Virus record (IMG/VR): IMGVR_UViG_3300045974_000166
Location: 96,001 to 160,000 of that record
Length of the DNA: 64,000 bases
Reading direction: 5' to 3' (one strand)
DNA from: a virus
Shown piece by piece: positions 28,853-37,570 of the stretch (the first letter of the stretch is position 1; every line of letters begins with the position of its first letter). Below the pieces are notes generated by a model. The model had not been told where the DNA came from. It searched no databases and saw only the letters and a program-made list of their open reading frames with translations. Made by a program: the position numbers and the translations under genes.

Positions 28853-30976
28853 TTGAAATATAATTATGAGAACTTAATGTCTTTATCATTTGTCTTTGAT
28901 CATAAAAATAAATGGCCCAGTGTAAAAAGGCCATTCGTCCCATTACAAACAAATCAGGCAGAGTGTGGTGTAGTTGCCGCAACAGCACTTGCTTGGATGT
29001 ACGGTGTACGTGTTAGTTACTCTGCTCTTTTAAATGTTGCCGGTGGAGCAACTCGGGGTCTTACATTAAGTCAAGTAAGAAGTTTACTTCGTCGAACTGG
29101 ATTTCAATGTGAAGTATATACAAGTGATCCAGAAACAATAGCAAATCAGTCGGGTTGCTCAATAGTACTCAAAAAGACAGGACATTTTTTGACTTTGGGC
29201 CCGCTTACCAGATGGGGTACACGAGAAGTTTTTGACCCAGCATTCGGCTGGTCTAAAATTGGTGTGAAAGATCTTGCAGAAGCCATTGAACCATATTCAA
29301 TAGAAATACTGCCAATACAGTCGGGATGTAAACTTCCGTTGCACCCAAAATTCCCATGGAAGGAATTTTTGAAAGAAGTAATTAGTCAGCGAATGTTGAT
29401 TAAGACATTGCCGATTTTATTTGTTGCTCAATTAGTTGCCGTATTATTTCCTTTGCTATCTGCAAAGGCATTTGATTCTCAGTTCAATGCACCAACGCCT
29501 GGCCTACAATTAGCAGTATATATTGCTCTGGTAAGTGGCCTTGTTGGTACCGGAATTTCTTTAGTTGGTGGTTGGTTTAAATCTCAACTTAAAGCAGATT
29601 TGGTGGGTAGGTCAATCAATGACGCCGTCAAAAAAGTTTTTAATATAAAGTTATCATTTCTGAGAAATAAATCAACAAATTCGCTAATTGGACTAGTCAA
29701 TTCTGTGGAGACAATAACACAAGAGATTCTGAACATTGTATCCGACTCTGCGGTAACTCTTATATTAGCTTTAGCGGCCTTTGTGATGCTTATGAAGGCT
29801 TCACCGATAATAGGTTTAATGTCATTTGGTTTAATTTGCTTAAGATGGTTAATAGATGTTTCAACCTATAAACAAATGGAACGGCTGGGAGAAAAGCATT
29901 TTAAGAACAGTGTCAGAAGTAAGCTTATGGTTTCTGATATGCTCCGTGCTATTATCCCAATGAGAATTGGTGGTACACAGATGCAAGCAGCACAACTTAT
30001 AAATGTACAAACCAACCATCTGGTAGAATCAGAGTATGAACTCGACAAATACAAACAGAATATTAATTCCATAATAAGTGTTTTCACAGTCATTGATAGG
30101 TTGGTATTAATGTTGGTAGGTGCCGAACTTGTCCGTCAAAATCTCATAACGCTTGGAACACTAATTTCGTTGTCAATTTATCGTGAAATGGTAAATTCCG
30201 GGGTTGGAGCAATTTCCTCTCTCTATAGTTCGACACATATAGCAGCTGCATATTCTCTTTCTCTGGCTGATGTGTATAAAGAACAAGAGAACACAATAAT
30301 TATTCATAGATTACCCGAAGATGGAAGTCTTAAGATTGATAACATTGATCTTTCATATTCTGAGTTGTCTGAACCTGTTCTCGTTGGTTTATCTTTGGAT
30401 ATTAAAAGCGGAGAAAATGTAGTTATAACGGGCCCTAGTGGTGCCGGGAAATCAACACTTTTAAAAGCAATTGCTGGACAACTCATACCAACATGTGGCA
30501 CAATCAAATTTGGTGGTATTGAATCATCAGAAGACACAATACATTGCATTACGAAATATATTGGATTCGTAATGCAAGATGATAAATTGATCCCAGCCAC
30601 AGTTGGTGAAAATATTAGACTATATAGAAAAGTTGATGACTCTGATCTAATTACTGCAGCTAAAGCAGCTGAACTCCACGATTTTATAATGTCCCTTCCG
30701 ATGCGATATGAAACCCCGATTTCCGAAGATGAATCTTCGTTTTCTGGTGGTCAAAGACAGCGTATTCTGCTAGCAAGAGCTTTATATGGAAGTCCTCTTG
30801 CCTTGATTTTAGATGAAGCAACAAGCTTTTTAGATACTGAAACTGCACAAGCCGTCTCAAAAAATCTAAAATCTATGGGAATAACCCGCATACATTTTGC
30901 CCACAGAATGGAATCGATTGAAGCAGCTGACCGTGTTATTGACATTAGGACATGCTCGATGCCCACTCTTTATTAA
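28853..30976 (+). CDS. Peptidase-containing ABC transporter (C39 peptidase + TMD + NBD)
   Basis: QTNQAECG catalytic Cys, TGHF His, TM helices, GPSGAGKST, FSGGQRQR, ILDEATS, FAHR; alternative start ATG 28877. Confidence 0.95.
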   Translation: MKYNYENLMSLSFVFDHKNKWPSVKRPFVPLQTNQAECGVVAATALAWMYGVRVSYSALLNVAGGATRGLTLSQVRSLLRRTGFQCEVYTSDPETIANQSGCSIVLKKTGHFLTLGPLTRWGTREVFDPAFGWSKIGVKDLAEAIEPYSIEILPIQSGCKLPLHPKFPWKEFLKEVISQRMLIKTLPILFVAQLVAVLFPLLSAKAFDSQFNAPTPGLQLAVYIALVSGLVGTGISLVGGWFKSQLKADLVGRSINDAVKKVFNIKLSFLRNKSTNSLIGLVNSVETITQEILNIVSDSAVTLILALAAFVMLMKASPIIGLMSFGLICLRWLIDVSTYKQMERLGEKHFKNSVRSKLMVSDMLRAIIPMRIGGTQMQAAQLINVQTNHLVESEYELDKYKQNINSIISVFTVIDRLVLMLVGAELVRQNLITLGTLISLSIYREMVNSGVGAISSLYSSTHIAAAYSLSLADVYKEQENTIIIHRLPEDGSLKIDNIDLSYSELSEPVLVGLSLDIKSGENVVITGPSGAGKSTLLKAIAGQLIPTCGTIKFGGIESSEDTIHCITKYIGFVMQDDKLIPATVGENIRLYRKVDDSDLITAAKAAELHDFIMSLPMRYETPISEDESSFSGGQRQRILLARALYGSPLALILDEATSFLDTETAQAVSKNLKSMGITRIHFAHRMESIEAADRVIDIRTCSMPTLY

Positions 30977-30977
30977 A

Positions 30978-31006
30978 TTTACACATATTGTTTGATGTGA
31001 TATAAT
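30978..31006 (+). promoter_or_regulatory. Phage early promoter
   Basis: aaTTTACAcata...17nt...TATAAT. Confidence 0.8.
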
Positions 31007-31011
31007 GAACT

Positions 31012-33204
31012 ATGTTCCAGAATACTAAATGTAATATGTTTAAAAAGACTTTGGTCAGTTTATCAAGTATTTTTTTCTTAAACAGCTTTTCACATGCACA
31101 GACAGATACGAACCAGCCCAAATCATTGGTGCTGCAACAATCTTCAGTGCCAAGCGACTGGGTTCACTCCTCAGAACTAGTGCCGTTGAATGCACTTCAC
31201 TCGGATCTCAAATATGAAATTGCTTCCGCGGCTTCATCAACAATTGTTCCAAGTAAGTACATAACCCGAGTCTCAACATTTCATGATCGCAATGCTTTGT
31301 ATGTTGAAATCAACGCGATAGACCCAACCCCAGATAAGATCATTGCTGCTAACGGAGTTCATGACACCGTAACAGTGGGTGATAAGGTTCAGTTATTTGT
31401 AGACCCATTGGGTACTGGTCGTAGGGCATATGTCTTTACTGTATCTGCCTCTGGTTCAACCGGTGATCAGATCATTAGTTCTGTTGGGGAAGCTTCCCCA
31501 AATTGGAATGGTCAATGGGAATCTAGTACAAAACGTACTAGTACCGGATATACGGTAAGGTATCGCATACCATTTCAAACAATAGAAGTTCAAGAAAACT
31601 CAAAAGACATAGCAATAAATGTTAATCGTTCCATAGGATATGGCCAGCGTGAAGTATTAAGTTGGGCTCCAGTTGACGTCCATCTTTCATGTGAGGTGTG
31701 TCAGTTTGAACATTTTAAACTTGATGATTTACAAGCACAAGAATCACAATTGCTATTGTCACCATATATTGTATCACGATATATTCAACAAACTGGTAAA
31801 AGTACTACTAAAGAAACTTACACAGGTTTAGATATGCAATGGTCAAAAAATGGGAACAAAATCATTGGAACAATTCGACCAGACTATTTGCAACTAGATT
31901 TTGATTCATTTCAAATTACAACCAATAGAAGATATGCAATTAATCTCACGGAAAATAGACCATTTTTCACACAAGACAGAGGCCCTTTTAACACAGAGAT
32001 GAGTTTAATTTATACCCGAGCAATTACTGATTTAGATTGGGGCGTTCAATATGTCGGCCGACAAGCTGATCAGACTTTTGGAGTCATAGTTGCCAAAGAC
32101 CGCTATACAAATATTGTTCGGCCGGAGATACTTGGGTCAAGTCTATCTTCACAAGAAAGTGGATCCACCAATGCTATCGTAAGTTATGGACTTCAACTGA
32201 ACGACAAACTAAGACTTGGGACATTGGCAACAGTGCGTTTTGGTGATAATTATCAAAACACTATGATATCTGGTTCACTCGGTTGGAGTCCTTCGGCCGA
32301 AAATTCATTCACAGTTGTAACAGCTTATTCGCAGACCCGCGATCCAATACAGGCAACTGTTCCTAATGGTAGCGCATTTTATTTGAATCATACTTATTCT
32401 GATAAGACTCTTTTTTCACAGTCTAGCATTACATACGTCGCCGAAAATTTCAGAGCTGACATGGGATATATGAATTTGGCTGGGGGAACCAGATTTTCAA
32501 ATTACGAAAGTTTGAACTTCGACCAGTCAGAAAATGACTTTATTACATCATATGGTGGTTATGTCACTTTTGATACGACTATAGATGCAGACAATAATCT
32601 AGTGAGTTATGACCAGACTTTGTCTGCATCTATAACTATGAAATCCCAGTATATATTTTCTATCAGTAAGCAAAAGAACATGTATATATTCGACACAAAG
32701 CGATTTTTGTCCGACCAAACAACTATCAATTTTGATGCAACACCATTTAACTGCTTCACTATTATGTCATCTTTCGGCCGTGGCACAACAACCGATTTCA
32801 ATGTTCTAGAACAGCGTCCACTTAGTAGTATGATGTTTACAACGGTGTGGCAAATTACATCACAGTGGAAAACTTCTACATCTATTATAAATGAAAAAGA
32901 CGCCGATTCAAACGATCTTGGATATAAAGCTAGGGTTGTCAATGTCAAACTGTCATATTCTCCCTCAAAATTCCACACTCTGAAATTACAATTGGCGCAG
33001 TCTAGTACTTTACAGAAAGATCTATTTGATGGGATTCTGTATGAACAACATTCAGTAAGTCAAAAAGAACAAATTGTTTACACATGGAATCCGCAAATAG
33101 GCACAACTTTAGTGCTTGGTTGGCAAGGTAATAGAACCAAGACTGATGGTAAGATTTCGACTCAAACAACTGCAGTCTTTGGTAAGTTTGTAAAAGTATT
33201 TTAA
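31012..33204 (+). CDS. Outer-membrane protein: signal peptide + CBM9/DOMON-like domain + beta-barrel (DUF5916-like)
   Basis: MFKKTLVSL...SHA signal peptide; D.V..F.DP.GTGRRAY.F, W.G.W.S...R...GY.V...IPF, E.RPFF; alternating beta strands; terminal Phe. Confidence 0.75.
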   Translation: MFQNTKCNMFKKTLVSLSSIFFLNSFSHAQTDTNQPKSLVLQQSSVPSDWVHSSELVPLNALHSDLKYEIASAASSTIVPSKYITRVSTFHDRNALYVEINAIDPTPDKIIAANGVHDTVTVGDKVQLFVDPLGTGRRAYVFTVSASGSTGDQIISSVGEASPNWNGQWESSTKRTSTGYTVRYRIPFQTIEVQENSKDIAINVNRSIGYGQREVLSWAPVDVHLSCEVCQFEHFKLDDLQAQESQLLLSPYIVSRYIQQTGKSTTKETYTGLDMQWSKNGNKIIGTIRPDYLQLDFDSFQITTNRRYAINLTENRPFFTQDRGPFNTEMSLIYTRAITDLDWGVQYVGRQADQTFGVIVAKDRYTNIVRPEILGSSLSSQESGSTNAIVSYGLQLNDKLRLGTLATVRFGDNYQNTMISGSLGWSPSAENSFTVVTAYSQTRDPIQATVPNGSAFYLNHTYSDKTLFSQSSITYVAENFRADMGYMNLAGGTRFSNYESLNFDQSENDFITSYGGYVTFDTTIDADNNLVSYDQTLSASITMKSQYIFSISKQKNMYIFDTKRFLSDQTTINFDATPFNCFTIMSSFGRGTTTDFNVLEQRPLSSMMFTTVWQITSQWKTSTSIINEKDADSNDLGYKARVVNVKLSYSPSKFHTLKLQLAQSSTLQKDLFDGILYEQHSVSQKEQIVYTWNPQIGTTLVLGWQGNRTKTDGKISTQTTAVFGKFVKVF

Positions 33205-33233
33205 TTTACACATAATACTCGGTGGTTTATAAT
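33205..33233 (+). promoter_or_regulatory. Phage early promoter
   Basis: TTTACA-cataatactcggtggtt-TATAAT. Confidence 0.85.
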
Positions 33234-33262
33234 GAAACATCTTCTGAAACAAAGGAATAGAA

Positions 33263-33454
33263 ATGATCACTGTAGGAAAAATGGAGGACGGAAAGATTGT
33301 TCAAATCGTACGCACTGCCACCACAGTAGAATTTTCAAAGGTTCCTGGGTGGATCTGTATCTGTATTGACTTTGAAAAGCCGATTCGGAAGCAAGAACAA
33401 GTTAAGTGGATCCCAGGCGACACAAAGTTTACTTGGGTTCATGAATTCTCTTAG
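33263..33454 (+). CDS. Hypothetical protein
   Basis: RBS AAGGAA; follows early promoter. Confidence 0.65.
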   Translation: MITVGKMEDGKIVQIVRTATTVEFSKVPGWICICIDFEKPIRKQEQVKWIPGDTKFTWVHEFS

Positions 33455-33462
33455 GAAACATT

Positions 33463-33753
33463 ATGGGTAAGAAAACATTCTCTGTCGAAAAAATGCGTCT
33501 TGACATTAACTCTAGTCTCAAGAATTCAACCTCTGACTATTGTTCGAAAGATGTTCGTCAAGGTCTCTGCAATGCTCTAGAGTATGTGCTTCATACTTCT
33601 GGAAACTACCACGGCTTTAAGTACCTTTGGCAAGATGCTGTGCCGCAGGGCGAATTACCGGGTATCGTTGTGCATGGGCTAATTGAAACCACGCCACAAG
33701 AAGTTCGCTTTGCCAAAGGTACTGTGGATGAAACCCGCCGGGAATACTTTTGA
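33463..33753 (+). CDS. Hypothetical protein
   Basis: RBS AGGA; packed ORF. Confidence 0.65.
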   Translation: MGKKTFSVEKMRLDINSSLKNSTSDYCSKDVRQGLCNALEYVLHTSGNYHGFKYLWQDAVPQGELPGIVVHGLIETTPQEVRFAKGTVDETRREYF

Positions 33754-33900
33754 AACCCAATAAAAAGATTCGGAAGTCAATTGCCGACTGGCAAAGTTCT
33801 CAAAAGCAAGTAGAACTTTGCCCGGCATGTTCTGGCTCGGGTTATTATGATGTGCAGGGAAGTCCAAAATGTGGATCCTGCTCTGGAACAGGAATTAAAA

Positions 33901-34140
33901 ATGAACCTAGTCGAACAAATCGTTGAACTTGCCAAAGAGATTGAGGCAGAAGACCCGATTGATTTTGGAATGCTTAATGTGTCTGAAGACGTCGCGTATT
34001 CCATAATGGCCTCGGGCGTACTCGATTCGTATCTGATGAATGATCCCGAGGATCGCGATCTGATTCTTATGGCTACTGTTACTAAACTAATAGTAGAAAA
34101 TTTTGTACTTAACTTAGAAAAGGCTAAAAGAAATGAGTAA
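33901..34140 (+). CDS. Hypothetical protein
   Basis: MNLVEQIVELAKEIE..DPIDFGML; RBS AGGA; track start 33847. Confidence 0.6.
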   Translation: MNLVEQIVELAKEIEAEDPIDFGMLNVSEDVAYSIMASGVLDSYLMNDPEDRDLILMATVTKLIVENFVLNLEKAKRNE

Positions 34141-34405
34141 ATTAGTAATGGTAGAATGTGTTTCTATGTTCCGAATTCGGTATGTCGTTGAGGTACCCGA
34201 TGACCACCCTGAGTATGCGCTTGATTCTGTCACGTGTCAAGAAGTTGAAGAATTTGATCAAGAACATCTCGGAGAAACTATTGTCTCACACCGCGTTGTT
34301 ACGGAACAAGAAGTGCTCGATCAATTTGAAAGCGGCAATCTTGCTTACTGCGCAGGTTGGACAAAAGAACAAAAACTCGCGAACGTCTTTAAGGTAGAAG
34401 TATGA
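34133..34405 (+). CDS. Hypothetical protein
   Basis: LVMVECVS.FR.RYVVEVP...A.D.V....EF.QEHLGE.IVS.R, a common phage pattern. Confidence 0.65.
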   Translation: MSKLVMVECVSMFRIRYVVEVPDDHPEYALDSVTCQEVEEFDQEHLGETIVSHRVVTEQEVLDQFESGNLAYCAGWTKEQKLANVFKVEV

Positions 34406-34532
34406 ACGACTATATCACCGACACAATCGTTCGCGAAACTAGGTCTACTGTTTATAATGCAGGTCTTGTGGCCGATCAAATGGAACGGGTAGCATATCAA
34501 TTCGATACATTCGTTGAACTTTACAGACTTTT

Positions 34533-35039
34533 TTGGCAACTCCCACCTTCAAAATGAGCATTTATACTATGAAATTTCTTCGGCCAACTTGCTATATGCT
34601 GATTGGTGTTCCTGCATCTGGGAAAACTACTTGGACTATCAAGAACCATCCGTCTATCGGATATGCTTCGACCGACAAGTATATTGACCGGTTTGCAGCT
34701 GAACGTGGTGTGTCTTACGATGATGCATTCGACACCAGCATCAAAGAAGCAACTTCGCTGATGATTGAAGAAGTTGGGACTTATGTCGTCGAAGAAAAGG
34801 ATTTTGTTTGGGATCAGACAAATCTGTCCAAGAAATCTCGAGCAAAGAAATTGAAATTTCTCAGTGACTACAATGTCGTTGCTGTTGTTTTTGAAACACC
34901 CGAAAAGAGTGTCTTGAAAGAACGTCTTGACCGCCGTCCTGGAAAAACTATTCCACACTCAGTGCTGAAATCAATGCTGGAAAGTTTCGAACTTCCTACC
35001 ATTGACGAAGGTTTCTCTAAAATTGTTATCGCCGAATAA
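34533..35039 (+). CDS. Polynucleotide kinase-like P-loop protein (AAA_33)
   Basis: MLIGVPASGKTTW, STD.YI, VWDQTN.S..SR; true start probably 34554 or 34569. Confidence 0.8.
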   Translation: MATPTFKMSIYTMKFLRPTCYMLIGVPASGKTTWTIKNHPSIGYASTDKYIDRFAAERGVSYDDAFDTSIKEATSLMIEEVGTYVVEEKDFVWDQTNLSKKSRAKKLKFLSDYNVVAVVFETPEKSVLKERLDRRPGKTIPHSVLKSMLESFELPTIDEGFSKIVIAE

Positions 35040-35040
35040 A

Positions 35041-35598
35041 ATGATCTATTTCACTTCAGATCTTCACATTTACCACAGACGGATCCAAGAGTTCTGCCCA
35101 ACTACTCGGTCGGGTAAAGATTGGGAAGAAATGTCCGAGATTCTCTTGAGTAATTTAGAGCGAACTCTGAAGCCCGGTGATGTGCTGTACAACTTAGGTG
35201 ACGTAGCATTTCAGGGTGTTGATTTCTGCCATAAAGCACTGAGTCGTATTGCTGCGACTGGTGTCGAACACCATTTGATTTTGGGTAATCACGATCACCA
35301 CATGCGGAAGAACCAGCATCTCCGCGATCAATGTGCTTCGGTATCTCACATGAAGACTTTTGTGATTGAAAAGCAAATGGTTGTGCTATGTCACTTCCCA
35401 TTGGCACATTGGGAATCTGAAGAAACTAGTTTCCACCTTCACGGACACTGCCATGGGTCGTACCAAACGGACGGTAACATTCTCGATGTTGGAATCGACA
35501 ACCGAGCAGAAGCTGATATGATGCCATGGACTTGGGACGAAGTCAAGCAGTACATGAAGACTGTGAAGCCTAAGGTCGGTCATCACGGAGCCTCGTAA
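35041..35598 (+). CDS. Calcineurin-like metallophosphoesterase
   Basis: YFTSDLH..H, LYNLGDV, LILGNHD, LCHFP, HLHGH.HG, DVGID; start ATG 35041. Confidence 0.88.
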   Translation: MIYFTSDLHIYHRRIQEFCPTTRSGKDWEEMSEILLSNLERTLKPGDVLYNLGDVAFQGVDFCHKALSRIAATGVEHHLILGNHDHHMRKNQHLRDQCASVSHMKTFVIEKQMVVLCHFPLAHWESEETSFHLHGHCHGSYQTDGNILDVGIDNRAEADMMPWTWDEVKQYMKTVKPKVGHHGAS

Positions 35599-35627
35599 TT
35601 TACACATAATACTCGTTGTAGTATAAT
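35599..35627 (+). promoter_or_regulatory. Phage early promoter
   Basis: TTTACA-17nt-TATAAT. Confidence 0.85.
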
Positions 35628-35648
35628 AATTGAAATTGAAGGATCAAA

Positions 35649-35996
35649 ATGATTGATGCAAAAACGGCCCGGACTCTTGTTGAAGAGAGCGATACTTTGA
35701 TGGTAAAATACCTCGAAGATCTGGGGAATCTTATTGAACGCGAAGCTAAACTTGGTAAACGCCATGTTTTTCCAGCAAATTCCGGCCTTCAATTCAGATC
35801 AATTTATGATGTCGCCCATGAAGATTGCCGGGCATCAGAAATGAATGGTTTACAGAAGTTGATTAAAGCTAGACTCAAATTGCTTGGGTTTGATATGTGT
35901 CTAGAAAAGCAAAAAGTCCAGATTGGTGGCGGCTTGGGATGGATGGATGACGAAGTTCGGCATGAGTTTCATGCCTCCATCAAGATTTCTTGGTAA
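35649..35996 (+). CDS. Hypothetical protein
   Basis: RBS AAGGA; follows promoter; ends in ISW as does ORF 50546 (ITWGKK). Confidence 0.65.
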   Translation: MIDAKTARTLVEESDTLMVKYLEDLGNLIEREAKLGKRHVFPANSGLQFRSIYDVAHEDCRASEMNGLQKLIKARLKLLGFDMCLEKQKVQIGGGLGWMDDEVRHEFHASIKISW

Positions 35997-36025
35997 TTTA
36001 CACATAATGCTCGTTGTAGTATAAT
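35997..36025 (+). promoter_or_regulatory. Phage early promoter
   Basis: TTTACA-17nt-TATAAT, nearly identical to 35599. Confidence 0.85.
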
Positions 36026-36063
36026 TGATCCATACCGAATCACTGCGGAGAATTGAAGTGTTT

Positions 36064-36225
36064 ATGTTTAAACGTGTGTGGGGTGACCGAAAAGTCGTAG
36101 AAATTCAAGAATTGGAAATCGAAATTTCTAAACTTGAAATTGAACAGGGTGGAAAGTACGGCCACTTATCTCCAAAGATTTCAAAACTGCTTCATAAAGT
36201 GCAAAAACTTCGTAATTCTCTTTAA
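36064..36225 (+). CDS. Hypothetical protein
   Basis: Small ORF after promoter. Confidence 0.5.
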   Translation: MFKRVWGDRKVVEIQELEIEISKLEIEQGGKYGHLSPKISKLLHKVQKLRNSL

Positions 36226-36232
36226 GAAATAA

Positions 36233-36406
36233 ATGAAAAAAGTTGTCTACAAAGGTCTCACCCTTGCCAAAGGCTCCAAAGCACTTGAGCTCTGGGAAGA
36301 TTGGCAGCGTGACACCAAAGATCGCAATGCTGCACAAAAGAAATTGGACCAGCATATGAAAGATGTCGAAACCCGTTATCGTGAATTGCTGGAGAAAGCA
36401 AAATGA
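36233..36406 (+). CDS. Hypothetical protein (57 aa, not in ORF track)
   Basis: MKKVVYKGLTLAKGSKALELWE...; ATGA overlap with next gene. Confidence 0.6.
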   Translation: MKKVVYKGLTLAKGSKALELWEDWQRDTKDRNAAQKKLDQHMKDVETRYRELLEKAK

Positions 36407-36615
36407 ACAAGCGCACTATGGAACTTTGGAAGCAGGCAACCGAGCATGCTTTTTCTGTGACTACATTGAATGAGACTCCCAAGGAATTTGAAGAACTGAA
36501 GTTGGCCAAGTTTGCTGAGTTGATTGTGGGGGAATGTGTAGATATTGCATGGCCGAATATCAACGGATTCGTTATTGCAAAGAAGATTAAAGAACATTTC
36601 GGAGTTAAGAGTTAA
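36403..36615 (+). CDS. MN.RI.EL..QA / FAELIV.EC paralog family protein
   Basis: KFAELIVGEC...IKEHFGV. Confidence 0.7.
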   Translation: MNKRTMELWKQATEHAFSVTTLNETPKEFEELKLAKFAELIVGECVDIAWPNINGFVIAKKIKEHFGVKS

Positions 36616-36617
36616 AG

Positions 36618-36830
36618 ATGAAACCGACCCTTCTTAACTTTTCACTGCTCTCAGGGGCGGCCAAGTACAAGTCTTATCTTGATCCAGTGCCGTGTATAGT
36701 TCTTGCTAATGGAGAAGAACTTGAAAAATTTGCAGCAATGGTAGTCAAACATTCCGTTAACTATCTTAAAGATAATAATGCAGATTTTGAAGCTGAACAA
36801 CTGGAAGATTTTTGGAGAGAACATCTATGA
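36618..36830 (+). CDS. Hypothetical protein (distant member of the FAELIV family)
   Basis: LEKFAAMVVKHSV. Confidence 0.55.
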   Translation: MKPTLLNFSLLSGAAKYKSYLDPVPCIVLANGEELEKFAAMVVKHSVNYLKDNNADFEAEQLEDFWREHL

Positions 36831-37039
36831 CACGCGAAGCAGGCAAAGGTGATAAACTGCGCAAAGGTGCAGACCTAGAAAAATATGCCGACGGATGGGA
36901 TCGTATCTTCGGTAAGAAGGAAAAATTAGTGCGTATCAAAAAGCATACTTGTCCGTACAAAGAAGATCTTTTTGGTGATTATAGAACTCTGTGTGACTGC
37001 GACCATGAAGCTACTCGGCAGTGTGCGCACGACATTTAA
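36827..37039 (+). CDS. Hypothetical protein with Cys-rich C-terminus
   Basis: GKG.K.R.G....KY.DGWDRIFGKK plus CPY.....C.CD.....C..DI. Confidence 0.6.
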   Translation: MTREAGKGDKLRKGADLEKYADGWDRIFGKKEKLVRIKKHTCPYKEDLFGDYRTLCDCDHEATRQCAHDI

Positions 37040-37068
37040 TTTACACATAAAGACTTTTGGTTTATAAT
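37040..37068 (+). promoter_or_regulatory. Phage early promoter
   Basis: TTTACA-17nt-TATAAT. Confidence 0.85.
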
Positions 37069-37095
37069 GAACCATCTTAAACAAAAGGACAAATC

Positions 37096-37236
37096 GTGTC
37101 TGCAATGTCTACTCTGCATTTCGATGTCGTAGAACTCTACTACGAAGGTATGAATTCTCGGCAAATTGCCAATGAACTCGATGTGCCACATTATGTTGTG
37201 ATGGGTATTTTGGAATCATTGAATCAAGATTTTTGA
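37096..37236 (+). CDS. Small HTH-like protein (not in ORF track)
   Basis: RBS AAGGA, GTG start; ELYYEGMNSRQIANELDVP. Confidence 0.5.
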   Translation: MSAMSTLHFDVVELYYEGMNSRQIANELDVPHYVVMGILESLNQDF

Positions 37237-37260
37237 AGGGTATTACTATGAAAAAAGTGC

Positions 37261-37569
37261 TTGGGACTATGCCAAATGTTTAACTCTCGGTACGAAGAAT
37301 TAGTCTATCTTGCTGGTCAAGCACCAGCTGAACCACAGCCGTGGTTTAAGCCGAGTATGCGGCAACGCCCAAACTCAGATGTTTATGTATCTTATGATGG
37401 TAAGAGGAAATACACTTCGGCTTATATGGCCGAGCAGCAAGAAGGTGATGATTTTCTATTGGTCAACGAAAAAGAAATTGCCGCATGGGAAGAAGAATAT
37501 AAAAAAGAGAGATACATTCAATGGCCTTTAGCATGGGCCAGAGTGATTCGTGCAACGATAGTAGAATAA
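37261..37569 (+). CDS. Hypothetical protein
   Basis: Packed ORF. Confidence 0.55.
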   Translation: MGLCQMFNSRYEELVYLAGQAPAEPQPWFKPSMRQRPNSDVYVSYDGKRKYTSAYMAEQQEGDDFLLVNEKEIAAWEEEYKKERYIQWPLAWARVIRATIVE

Positions 37570-37570
37570 C

